A DNA stretch of 39,744 bases from Nemertoderma westbladi (Eukaryota > Animalia > Xenacoelomorpha). Where the stretch lies: NCBI GenBank assembly GCA_032718475.1, contig JAUCBJ010001052.1, positions 1-39,744 of the forward strand, in the 5' to 3' direction. The notes below the pieces were generated by a model, which was not told the DNA's origin, made no database searches, and saw nothing but the letters and a program-made list of their open reading frames with translations. Position numbers and translations under genes: made by a program. Positions 11,233 to 22,909 of the stretch are shown here, in pieces; positions within the stretch are counted from its first letter, which is position 1, and the number at the start of each line of letters is the position of its first letter.

Positions 11233-12099
11233 GGGTGGTTCGTTTTTTACTTTTTTTCGATTTCATTGTTCTACCGGTAAACAAAAGTTTCCAAATGGTA
11301 AAAAAATAAGGCAAAAAATTTCTTTAAATTTCCTCTATATCTTCACAGATCCCAAGAGGGTTGAAATTTTGAGCCGGCGCGATGCACCATAATGAGATAT
11401 ATAACAATATAACACATTGATGAAAGATCAATGACTCAAAGAAAGAACTTCCTGCATGCATCAAATGTCTTCAAATTGGTCCAAACCTAGTTAGATACCA
11501 AAATTTAAATTTTTGGATCAATGGAACTAGTGCCACTAGATTATTCTCAATTTTCGCGATGGCCAACTTTGAGTTCTCCTACGGCATTAATACATTAATA
11601 TTATGCTCATTAGAACCGCAATGTCCGACTTAGTGGGGGTAGACACCTTCAAAACAAACGTAGAGCGAATAGTTCTTGAGATATCGCAGAAAATGTGAAG
11701 TCAGGCACAAGTCTACATTACAGCCTTTTTATAGCCTAAAAGTTGTCCATCACCAAAATTGAGAATAAGAGTCACTTGTGCCAAAGGGTAGGTTCTGGCC
11801 ATGTGCCCGTGGCACTACTTCCCTTAGTCCCAACTATCTAACTAAGTTTGGACCCATTTGATCACATTTGATGCATGCAGGAAGTTCTTTCTTTGAGTCA
11901 TTGATCTTTCATCAATGTGTTATATTGTTATATATCTCATTATGGTGCATCGCGATGGCTCAAAATTTAACCCTCTTGGGATCCGTGAAGATATAGACGA
12001 AATTTAAATAATTTTTTTTGCCTTACTTTTTTACCATTTAGCAACTTTTGTGCACCTGTAGAACAATAGAATCGAAAAAAAGTAAAAAGCCCACCACCC
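11233..12099. mobile_element. Foldback MITE with ~265-bp imperfect TIRs, TA-flanked
   Basis: TA|GGGTGG ... CCACCC|TA; 11233-11498 is the reverse complement of ~11835-12099, including a long perfect core (GATGCACCATAATGAG...GCATGCATCAAATGT). Confidence 0.9.
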
Positions 12100-12384
12100 T
12101 AATTATTTCAGGATTCCAATAATGGTTTGAATTGGTTTAGGTTGGGAATAACAGTTGTTCTCTGACATTTCATATTTCGTTAAGGACCATTTTGGTTGCC
12201 GTATTTTTGGCCGCTTTTTTTGCCACGTTTTCCCGCGTTTTTGCCACGTTTTTTCCATTGCTTGACTTTAACACAATTCATAAAATAGTGTATTCTAGAA
12301 TACAAAGGTAGTACGTTGAAACAACAGGACAAGGAAACAACAGGTCTAACATTATAATTTTAAATAATTGTTAATTCCTGTATT

Positions 12385-12531
12385 CTATATATTCTCATAT
12401 ATTCTTTATATATTCTAATATATTCTTTATATTCTCATATATTCTTTATATATTCTCATATATTCTTTATATATTCTCATATATGCCTTATATTCTCATA
12501 TATTCTTTATATATTCTCATATATTCTTCTA
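12385..12531. repeat. ~20-bp AT-rich minisatellite
   Basis: Repeats of TATATTCTCATATATTCTT. Confidence 0.9.
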
Positions 12532-12611
12532 TTTTTTAAATAGATTATGTTGTCGTACTGATAATGTTTTTGGCAGTTTGGAGAACAATAAATTTTTTTG
12601 AGTGTATAAAC

Positions 12612-13987
12612 CGGGGTTTAAGGAAACATCCAACCCACACTTTATAAGGTAAAACTTCCCTTCTCTGTCGCAGACGCCTGTTGGATATACAGGCGAAAGG
12701 AAAAGAGCTGAGAGCAGAGAGCTTATGCAATCAATAAAGTCTCATGAAGGCAATCAAAGGCGGCAAGTATTAAGACCTTTATAGAACAATTATTAGTAAC
12801 TACCTTAGTATAGATACCACTGTGTGTTAGTTATCACTTTAAATTACATTCTTATGATTAACTGTCACAGAAAGACTGCTGCCGCCTGGTTTCCAGTTAC
12901 ATACAGACTGCTGGCACCGGCCTACCAGTTACAGACAGGGGCGTCACTAATTTTTACATCAATGTAATTTACTTGAACAGTGAAAAAAGAATTATAAAAT
13001 TAAAGGTTACTAAATTACAACACTCCAATTCCGGGCGCGGGGTCACGCTTCTACACGGGGTGATGTGTCACGTCTCTGCCCGAGCGCGGGGTCACGTCTC
13101 TACACGGGCGCGGGGTCACGCTTCTGCACGGGCGCAGGGTCACGCTTCTAGACGGGCACGGGGTGATGTGTCACGTCTCTAACCGGGTGCGGGGTCACGT
13201 CTCTACACGGGCGCGGGGTCACGCTTCTACACGGGCTCGGGGTCACGCTTCTACACGGGCGCGGGGTCACGCTTCTACACGGGCTCGGGGTCACGCTTCT
13301 ACACGGGCGCAGGTCCATGCTTCTACGCGGGCGCGGGGTCACATCTCTACACGGGCGCAGGGTCACGCTTCTACACGGGAGCGGGGTCACGCTTCTACAT
13401 GGGCACGGGGTGATGTGTCACGTCTCTACTCGGGCGCGGGGTCACGTCTCTAAACGGGCGCGGGGTCACGTCTCTACACGGGCACGGGGTCACGTCTCTT
13501 CCCGGGCGCGGGGTCACGTCTCTACTCTACCCGGGCGTGGGTTAATGTCTCTACATCCTCTTTGATCTCATCGTTCTTTGGTCATCATCTTTCTTTATAT
13601 AAAAATTACGACAAGAAAATAAACCTTGGTCCGATCAAATATATTTTCTTGGTCATTGGAAGTAAAAATTTATGTAATTTATCTTTAGTACGCAAAGGGT
13701 TAAGGAAACATCTAACCCACACTTGATGAGGTACAGCTTCCATTCTTTGTCGCCGCAGACGCCTGTAGGATTTACTGGCGATAGGAAAGTAGCTGACTCT
13801 GACAGCAGATAGCTTTATGCAATCAATATAATCTCAAAGGGAATCAAAGGCGGTAAGTATTAAGACCTTTATAGAACAATTATTAGTAACTAACCTTAGT
13901 ATAGATACCATTGAATGTTAATTTACCACTTGAAATTACCTTCTTATGATTAATGGTCACAGACAGACTGTTTGGCGCCTGGCTTCC
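12612..13987. repeat. Diverged ~280-bp direct repeats (12612-12895 and 13697-13987) flanking the 24-bp minisatellite
   Basis: TTAAGGAAACATC.AACCCACAC...AAGTATTAAGACCTTTATAGAACAATTATTAGTAACTA in both copies. Confidence 0.85.
13032..13556. repeat. 24-bp CpG/G-rich minisatellite, ~20 copies
   Basis: Unit CACGGGCGCGGGGTCACGCTTCTA, with occasional GATGTG insertions. Confidence 0.95.
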
Positions 13988-14110
13988 GCCAATTTTTAAA
14001 ACAACGTCACGACCAACTACAGATACAACCCGCCAAGCTGCTGCAAAGCCCCTAAATTTAGTGGGCCAGTTATTTCTCTTACATAGAATCCCTGAAACCA
14101 GTGTCGGAGC

Positions 14111-14372
14111 CACTACTACTATTACTACTACTACGATCGGCATGCTGCATTGCAGTTGCATTATATATATATATAACATATATATTAAGAATGCTATGCC
14201 GGCTTGTCGACAAAATTGCTCCGCCATAACACCCTATCACCCATGACATTTGCTAGATCATTAGTATTTTCAAGGACAGTGTCCTTTAAGATGCGTCTCA
14301 AGAAAGTCATGGGCTGGCCGGTCCTGGCTGGTCCTGACGGCGAAAGCAATGTCCTACAAAGCGGAAGCGGTT
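14111..14372 (-). mobile_element. 5'-truncated RTE-type LINE 3' end with (GTA)n tail
   Basis: Minus frame GQPMTFLRRILKDTVLENTNDLANVMGDRVLWRSNFVDKPA*, short UTR, then GTAGTAGTAGTAATAGTAGTAGT; same family as 34227-34400. Confidence 0.75.
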
Positions 14373-14384
14373 CCGTTCAATACA

Positions 14385-15020
14385 ATTTTGATGGAATAAA
14401 GGTTTTCGAGGACGCTGATCACGACAACACTTGTCGAAAATATTTTCTGGAAATGCAAACATTATTTTTGGTGCCCCAGAACAAAAAGAACAAGTAGCAA
14501 AAATTTCAAACCTTTTAAGTTTTCAAAGCCTCTGATCACGATACATCTCGTTAAAAATCATTCGTGGTAACGCGACTATAATTTTTGGTTTTTGTTTGGT
14601 GGGACGAAAAAAACAAGTAGGTTGAAATTTCAAACTGCAAAAATCGAATTTAGTTGGATAATACGATATTTTTGAGTGTCTAATTCGTGATCAAAATCTC
14701 CGAAAACCCAATGTAATAATAAGGTTGATTTGGAAATGATTTTTAATTTTTTCAAATTTGTGGGACATGTATTTTTCGTGCCGCACATTGACACGCATCT
14801 AAAAAAGCCGTTATCAACAAGGAAGGTTATTTTTCAGTGCCATGTTCGTGATCAGCATCCCAAAAGCCCCTATGGTCATAAATACAATTTGATTTCGCGG
14901 TGATTTTTCATAATCATATTTCCACTACCGGTACTTGTTTTTTTGTGCTCCAGGGGGTACAAATAACTGAATGATAACTAATATAACAACATGCCAATGT
15001 TGTTATATTACACAAATCTT
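14385..15020. repeat. Interspersed repeat family (GCTGATCACGA / TCATATTCGTGATCAG), related to 30620-31015 and 9410-9830
   Basis: Alignable blocks, e.g. GTATTTTTCGTGCCGCACATTGAC and ACAACATGCC.ATGTTGTTA. Confidence 0.8.
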
Positions 15021-15949
15021 CGATATGTTTGATGTCGAGGAATAAACTTTCCCAACGAAACTGTACTGCAAATTTAATACTTTTTGTTGTTTGAAAATTT
15101 ACAGCTAGTTGCACTTTAGGTGTTCTTTTAGTTTCTATTGAAAAATAAAAATTTTACTTCTAATCTCGCTTTCGATTACTAATAATTAATTCAAGTAAAC
15201 CAAAAAGAATAGTAGGCCTATTTGGTTATACCAAAGTCTATGAACGGTGATGTACTGTATTTTGTGTAACAATTTTATCAATTCCGAAAGGTGTTGGTTG
15301 ATATGGTAATAATGGTTGCCAGGAACTCCCCATATCTCGAAAACTACTGGAGTATCTATAGTAGGAGATGACCTATACTGCCGTCCTAAGACAAACCCAT
15401 GTAACTCGAATTTTGACGAAAATGAGATATTGGTATAATTTTAATTAAAGCTTACGGCGAGCTCTGTCTGGTGGTAGAACTTATTAGAGTGCATCTAAAC
15501 TATAAAGGGGTTAAAAAGGGGGTAGAATGTAACTGCATTGTATGAATTTGTTAAGGCATGTCACGGCAGAACCATGTAACCCTAATGTGATAATGACACT
15601 CCATGTAACTATAAGCGTACACCATGTATCTTATGCGAGTTTCATTGTTTTGGCTTAGGAACAGCTGTGGAAATTTATATAATTTACATGATGTAATATA
15701 AGTAAACTGGTTAGAATTTGTAAGGTAAATCCATGTATCTCAAAAATCAAAATCAAATACATTTTTCAAATAGCTAGCTTAAGTTTGGTGCTCTAAGAGT
15801 TTCTATGTATTTAAATATACTATTTGACTGAACTTTAGTGTTGGTACAAACACCTGATAAAGATTTGCGTGGAACGGCGTCTGTTACTGACGGGAACGCC
15901 GTTGCAGAACAACCTCATTGAGTTGGTGTCGCGGTTGTACTTCGCATAT

Positions 15950-16630
15950 ATTCGAAGAAAGATCACAAAAAAATAACACCGGGTACCAACTTTTAGATAA
16001 AATTTTCCACGCGTTGCTTTTCTACAAGAGAATTCCCCAAATTATTGAATAAAATTGTCGCGAAATTAAATATTTATTTCTTATCAGATCAGGCCTAGCC
16101 TAAGCCTACAACTAATATTCTAACATAAGTAGGCTTAAGTTAAGTGTGGTTACCACCGGGACAGAGATCCCTACCGGTAGCTGCCAGGGTAGGTACCTAA
16201 CCGGGACCCAGCTCTTTATATTGCAGTGTGGCAGTAGGCAGGTAGGTACCGGTACCTATGTTGTACCGACATGTTGTAGCGTAAGTCATGTACATTACGT
16301 ACGGTAACGGGCCTAACTTCCTAATCCAAATCCTCAGCAATCAGTCCGAGACCAAGCTATTCCAGTACACAGGCAAACAGGCCTATTAGCTAACCCGCTA
16401 TTACTATATTTGACAGGTACGGGACCCGGTAGGCTTCCCTACATAGTTTGTTATACAGTACAACAGTACACAACAAAATAATTATAGGCCTACCTACCTG
16501 ATAAGAAATTAATATTTAATTTCGCGACAATTTTATTCCATAATTTCGGGAATTTTCTTATAGAAAAGCAACGCGTGGCTAATTTCAACTAAAAGTTTGT
16601 AGCCGGTGTTATTTTTTTATGCTCTTTCTA
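15950..16630. mobile_element. MITE-like inverted repeat with ~130-bp arms
   Basis: AAAAAATAACACCGG...CCACGCGTTGCTTTTCTA...AATAAAATTGTCGCGAAATTAAATATT..TTTCTTATCAG is mirrored at 16498-16618; exact ends and TSD not resolved. Confidence 0.8.
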
Positions 16631-17909
16631 TTTTCAAATGTGTTCGATTGTGTTCGGCAGTTTTTGGAGTGTGTTCGGGTGTGTTCTTGTGTGTTCGCTT
16701 GTGTTCTGTAAAAAGAACTATCCCCTGATACTGTACATAGGAAACCCAGGAATGTCACCTCTAGACCAATCTGCTCTATCCAAAATAAACATAAAGACAC
16801 TTTTAGCCGATTCATAACTTCGGCCTTTGGGAGATATATTTATTTACGTTTCTTTCATCATCATCTTATCATTACCATCAACATTTAGCTCATATATCAC
16901 ACATCAAACCATACAGTAGGGCCTACCTACTGTACTATATGTACAGTATATACTGTACAGCATTGGGGGATCTCATTTGTTTCCTAAGCTTATCTCGCGT
17001 GCAAATTGTTTTCGCCATGAGGAACAGTCTGTGACTCTGAGTGATAAATGGCTGCGACATGACGCCGGCAATATAATACACACAATTATATTACCACGTT
17101 GCAGCCACATTTCGAGCGCTACAGTACTGTATGGAATACTTCTTGCAGCTGCTGCTCTGGTTACAGATCAGTATCCCACGTGTAATGTGACTGACTGCCC
17201 AACAGCTAGACTGACACGACGGTTTTCAATATATGTGCGAATGTTTATTCATTTAGCTTTCTTATTGCCGCTACTATCAGTCTATACTATGTTAGTGCCA
17301 TATACTGTAGCAACCAACAGAACAAAACACAACACAATCCTGAATTCTATAGCCAGGTTGGTGGAAAAACAGTTCAAAAATAAATTACGGCTAAATCAGA
17401 TAGGTTAATACAGTAGGTAATGCACTGCTGGCGCATCCCGGGGCTCACGGACAACGGCTGTCACTCATCCTGGACCTGCACTGCATTGTTCATTTGCCAA
17501 AAAGTAACGGCAGCCACACTCTTTAAATCACTTAGCTTTAAGTCTGCCTACAGTACCTGTCTGAAGTCTGCATGTGTCAGTGCGTGCTGAAACGTCTTAC
17601 TGCTGTTACTGTTTATACTTTTGGTTTATTTGTATGTACAGTATTTATATTTCCCAGTCAGTTAGGTTGTACTGTACCCATCTTGTTCATAGATATATTT
17701 CTGGTGGTGTCTGTATGGTCTGTTTACTGCTGTATTATTTACTTATATACTTACTGTACTTACTGCATTATATAAGATATCTATTATTACTGTAGACTGT
17801 GCAATACAGCCAATATAGAGTTATTTGTTATGCAGGTTAGATATAGTAGTAAACAATTTTGGTTCTAATTATTCTTACTTTTGGTTCTTTCTTATTTTGG
17901 TTGCATGTA

Positions 17910-19854
17910 CAGTCGGGGTCTCAAAGTGCATCTGTTCTTTGAGATTTTCTCAAAGAACTAAAAGTGTCTCAAATTTCTAAAAGTGGTCCAAGAAAAGGAC
18001 AAAGTGTCCTCAAAGATTTCAAAGTAGTACTGTCAGTCATTTCATACAGTTCTGCCTGAAACTGGCTATGGTATGGGGTATATTGACTTTGACTATAGGG
18101 TAAAATATAAGTAATAAAACCTCTATGAAACAATAAAGATGCCTCCAAAAAATACTGCAGTAATAAATATTTGTTACTGAAAGTAAGAATTAAACTTACT
18201 GCAGTAATAAAAAATTGTCTTTTTCTGCAGTAACAAATAATTTGTTACTGCAGTAGAAATGTTTATTCAATTATTTATTCATTTATTAATATTGATTATT
18301 GCAGTAATAAATATTTGTTACTGCAGTAATAAATATTTGTTACTGCAGTAATTGTTATATGTTACTGCAGTAACTAATATTTAATACAGCAGTATTTTTT
18401 GTAGGTATTTTTATTGTTTCATAGAGGATTTTATTAATTTATATTTGGACTCTTTAGAGACGCCATAATTGCGGGCTATCGGAATGTGTTGGTATTTGTG
18501 TCATAGACAGTTTGTCTGTTGCCCTATCTATATTAATGTATAGTGCTAAAACTGTACTGTTTAAATTTGTTTAGCCCACGTGAACGCCGAATACCTTTAC
18601 CAATGCATTTCAATGGTCAACCAGCCATACTTTGACTGTAAATTGTGTTATACAAAGTAAAGAATAACGATAGAGGCAGGAATAAAGATAAATGATTCAA
18701 GCGCACTAATTGGCTGTTCCTATAGATGTTTTAGACATTGATGGTGCGCAATGCATATGGTCAGAGCGACCGCCCAGTCTGCCAAAATCTATTATGTAAT
18801 CAAATGGTACCACAAGCCAAGCAAAGCATGTGACAGTTCTTTCCGACTCTGCACCTGTTTGTTTGAAGGTCGCCGTCCGTGGGTCGCTACTCACTAGCTG
18901 TGATTGATAGTTTAAACTGGGTACCGCTTTGCCAGAAGGCGGTAAACATCAATTGAATATGAGGCAAACATTTAAAATATGCTCAAATATAAACGCCAGC
19001 GGCAGGGCATATTTTAATATATCTATTAAGCTAAAACAACACAAGAGTGTAGCCGTTCTATCGTACTTGAAAGTTGAAAGCCTTTCTTCGTTTTTAAGAA
19101 GAAATTCTCGCGCTCTCGTCACCATAGTTATCATATTAATTAATCAGTTAAGGTAGTACGGTTTGACCTGAGGTGACTAATGAAATGAATAACAAAAGTT
19201 ATTACAAGCTTTCTCCCAACAGGGCTTCTTTAGGTCATTATAATGAAACTGCATATACACAGAGATACTACAGTGCAGTGTCTCTTACATTAATTGTTAA
19301 TATTATATTGTATTATGTTATTAAAATAATCAATCTTGTGAAGCATTAATCTTGTTTCACAAATTATGTTTCATGTATTATTTGAATGAATGTTTTTTAG
19401 AAAGACTTTAGGGTGCCGTAAATTCAATTTGTACTTGCGACCTAAAACCCATCCCGTAATGACCTCAGGAACCTCAATTTGATAAATTAATGGGAATATA
19501 GCTTCTATGCAACAACTGGCCAGCACACAAGTATCACTTTGTTGCCCGCATAATATTGTTCCCGGAGAATGCCTCTGCCTCTCAGTTAACTTACCACGAG
19601 CTGTCAATCAGGAATACCTCGGAGTTTATTTTCTCAAAGAATTAAAAGTGCCGCAAACTACCTCAAAGTGACATTTCTCAAAGATTTCAAAGAATTAAAA
19701 GTGCCTAAAAGCAGGAAATCACTTTGAGATTCCCAACTAAAAGTGTCTACAAGAATTCAAAGCGGCCGTTGGGAGTAATGTAATGACTTTTAGACACTTT
19801 TAGAAAAACTTTGAGAAAATCTCAAAGAACAGATGCACTTTGAGACCCCGACTG
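17910..19854. mobile_element. Non-autonomous Tc1/mariner-pogo-like element, 46-bp perfect TIRs, TA TSD
   Basis: TA|CAGTCGGGGTCTCAAAGTGCATCTGTTCTTTGAGATTTTCTCAAAG and its exact reverse complement|TA; subterminal CTCAAAG/AAAGTG repeats. Confidence 0.92.
18097..18453. mobile_element. Nested palindromic MITE with TTACTGCAGTAA repeats
   Basis: AATAAAACCTCTATGAAACAATAAA is mirrored by TTTATTGTTTCATAGAGGATTTTATT; internal repeats of TTACTGCAGTAATAAATATTTG. Confidence 0.8.
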
Positions 19855-20264
19855 TATATCATTGCCAACATTGTACATCTCAGTTGCAGTTAAATTGGAT
19901 TATTATTGTACAGTACTGTAGATATGTAGGCCTACTGTAAACAGCACAGAAACCCGGTAAGGCAATAAATGACAACTGACCAAACTCTAAAAAGGAGTAT
20001 TACAACAAATCTTGAGAAATTTCCTTAACATTTAACAATATAATATAACTTCCCACATTAAAGTTTACCGTACTTGTAAATTTTTGGGGACAATTTATTT
20101 GCCCCACAATGATTTTTGCACAAATTATCGTAAAACTTCCGGACAATATATTTTAACAGAATTCCCGAATTCACTGAACTATTAAAAAAATCCCAAACTA
20201 CATAACCAAAAACTACTAAAAGTCTACTAAAAGTAAAAATGTAAAGTAAAAGTAAAAAATACTA

Positions 20265-20510
20265 CTAAAAGTCCCAAACTACATAACCAGTTAAGTTAGT
20301 TGTTCACGTGCTGCGCGAAGTCCTAAACTAAATAAGCAGTTCTAGCTTAGTTGTTCATGTACTGCTCGAAGTCCGAAACTACATAACCAGTTAAGTTAGT
20401 TGTTCACGTGCTGCGCGAAGTCTCAAACGAGATGGTTTAGTAATAGTAAGTTAGCTTAGTTATTCACGTGCTGCTCGAAGTCCCAAACCAATTATTAGTA
20501 TAATTAGTTA
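20265..20510. repeat. ~50-bp tandem repeat, 4-5 copies
   Basis: AAGTCCCAAACTACATAACCAGTTAAGTTAGTTGTTCACGTGCTGCGCG-like units. Confidence 0.85.
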
Positions 20511-20519
20511 ATTAACTGG

Positions 20520-20760
20520 CACTGATGCTTTACGAAGGCCCCACGAAAATTCAACTTGGAAAATATTTAGAAATGTGCCCAACTACATGTGTACCAAGTT
20601 TGGTTACATTTCATCGAGGTGTGATCGAGTTATTAACGTTCAAATATTAGCGCGACAGAGAGACAGAGCGACAGAGAGACAGATGGAGAGACCGACAGGT
20701 TGATTTCATGGTACCCCTACGCTAAGGCTCTCTTACTTCGTACAGTAGCTCGCCCCACAA
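20520..20760 (+). mobile_element. Short interspersed element with (ACAG)-type microsatellite, Helentron-associated (HINE/DINE-1-like) architecture; copies at 21930-22176 and, more diverged, 29688-29885 (minus)
   Basis: Shared AAATTCAACTTGGAAAAT...TACCAAGTTTGG...GAGTTATTAACGTT, ACAG repeats and end GCTCGCCCCACAA. The family assignment is inference. Confidence 0.55.
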
Positions 20761-21332
20761 CACATGCGCCAGGCTCCCTCCCACATACAGCGCCGATAAT
20801 GGGATTGGATACAGGCGCAGCTCAGCATTAGGATTGAATGGTTTGAATATTCCAGACATACAAATTAAAATAAATTATGTAAACATATAATATTATTCAA
20901 TAATTGTTTAAATGTTGATCTTAAATGAAGCAGATAAGGTATATAAATAATTAATTAATAATGGATCATATGATATTAAACATATTTTTTGTTCCTGTCA
21001 GGGCCATAATAGTATAAGTTTCACCTGAAGTTAAGTAGAACCGAGGACCTCTCACACACATGTGTATATTGTGTATGTTCCATGTCCTCGGTGCCCCTGT
21101 GAAATACGCGTGAACAAATTTACACTTTCAACTATTATATTCAAAGTGTGTTGAACCCATCTCGTACCGTTTATTGAAAAGTGAAGGTGTTTTTTTAAAT
21201 TAGTTTTACGAAAACGAGATAAAGAAAAGAATTGATAGTCCTCGGTTTGTAGATGATATACGGAAGTCCTCGTTTTACACCATATGCCCGTATAGGTGTG
21301 TGGGCGCCGAGCAGCTCCAAGCTTTTTTAAGT

Positions 21333-21662
21333 CTGTAACCTGCCACCTGCTCCTTTCCCTGATTTGGTAAAGTGATTGTTTATTGTTTTGGTTAGAAAAT
21401 CCCGCCTCTGTAACCTGCTCCTTTCTCTCAATTGGTAATGTTATCGTTTATTGTTTTGGTTAGAAAATCCCGTCTCTGTAACCTGCTCCTTTCCCTGATT
21501 TGCTAAAGTGACTGTTTATTGTTTTGGTTAGAAAATCCCGCCTCTGTAACCTGCTCCTTTCCCTCAATTAGTTAAATGATCGTTTATTGTTTTGGTTAGA
21601 AAGGCCTGCCTCTGTAACCTGCTCCTTTCCTTCATTTGGTAAAGTGACTGTTTATTGTTTTG
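21333..21662. repeat. 68-bp tandem repeat, ~5 copies
   Basis: CTGTAACCTGCTCCTTT at 21408, 21476, 21544 and ~21613; related single copies near 3951 and 34843 (reverse). Confidence 0.9.
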
Positions 21663-21714
21663 TATAATTTTTGTAAGTTTTAGTAGTAATAAGTTTTGTT
21701 TATTGTATAATTCA

Positions 21715-21842
21715 GGGGGGGCATAATTTCCTAAGGGGGGGCATTTTTTCCTAGGGAAATTTGCCCGGGGGGGCATTTTTTCCTAGGAAAATATGCCCCC
21801 CCGGACACATTTCCCGGGGGGGCATATTTTCCTGTTACACCG
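21715..21842. mobile_element. Orphan MULE-like terminus with GGGGGGCATTTTTTCCTAGG subterminal repeats
   Basis: Four G-run/CAT..TTTCCT units ending in TGTTACACCG; the partner end was not found. Confidence 0.5.
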
Positions 21843-22185
21843 TACTGTAATCCTGTAGTCTCCTAGCAACCAGCTGATGCCAAGCCTAATAATTTTTGGG
21901 TAGATTAATTATAACTGTAAGACAGTTACACAGATGCTGCACGAAGACCCCACGCAAATTCAACTTGGAAAATTTCTAAACTTTTGCCAGACTACATACA
22001 TATGTACCAAGTTTGGGTATATTTTATCGAGATTTGGCTGAGTTATTAACGTTTAAAATTGGACACAACAGATCGACAGAACAACAGAGCAACAGAACAA
22101 CAGAACAACAGACACACCGATTGAGTTAGTGGTACCTGTATGCGAAGCTCGCTTACTTTCGTCGCTCGCCCCACAATGTAACGTT

Positions 22186-22318
22186 GTAATAATAAGTGAA
22201 TTGTTGTGGGGTGAGTGATGCGGTGAATTAAATATAATGTAAATAGGACAATATAAAAATTTTTCGCTATGGAGAGCATTAACATATTGTCCTACAGTAT
22301 TTACATTATATATTTAAT
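22186..22318. mobile_element. Centrally deleted relic of the 10241-10856 hairpin element, with no hammerhead
   Basis: AATAATAAGTGAATTGTTGTGGGGTGAGTGA.GCGGTGAATTAAATA... is joined directly to TTTTTCGCTATGGAGAGCATT...TTTACATTATATATTTAAT. Confidence 0.8.
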
Positions 22319-22773
22319 GAAACACTATTACAGTAGACGTTGAATTACTTAATTAGTCGTTGTTTGCTCATTGAAGATACGTTGAAATAACGGTATATTG
22401 ATAACTATAAGCCACGTTAAAGCAACAGTGCATGCCGCATACACATTCACAGATTCACACTAGTTAATGCATTTTAAATGCTAACATTGTATCAATCAAC
22501 GTATAATGTTTAACCTTGCTCGCTATGGAATTCTTGTTTAAATGTCATACATTGTATCAACGTATAATATTTATTAATACAAATACAACTATATGCATTG
22601 TCGTTAAATTTCTAACGTTGAAGCAACAGTAACATTTCATACATATTACGGTAGCGAGCAAATGCTACTAAGGAATCTTAAGCAATAAAGGAAAGCGGTC
22701 AGCAGCAGGGAAGCCAATACAAAATTGGCAACCCAAGGAAGCAATAATATAATATTTATCAACTACATAAGCA

Positions 22774-22909
22774 GGACCTTATTGCCCCTGGAACCTTATC
22801 GCCCCTGAAACCTTTATCGCCCCTGAAACCTTATTGCCCTGCAACCTTATCGCCCCTGAAACCTTATTGCCCTGCAACCTTATCGCCCCTGAAACCTTAT
22901 CGCCCCTGG
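22774..22909. repeat. 17-18 bp tandem repeat (AACCTTATCGCCCCTGA), probably MULE-like subterminal repeats truncated by the satellite
   Basis: About 8 copies; resembles the GACCTATTCGCCCC subterminal repeat at 33584. Confidence 0.75.

Noticed and set aside
12973-13565. HASTRARG-repeat ORFs
   Set aside because: Product of the stop-free 24-bp minisatellite, with frame-breaking insertions.
22774-22909. 18-bp repeat reading GGC GAT AAG (GDK) on minus, like V-ATPase d PGDK
   Set aside because: Only three codons match, and the repeat is better explained as MULE-type subterminal repeats.
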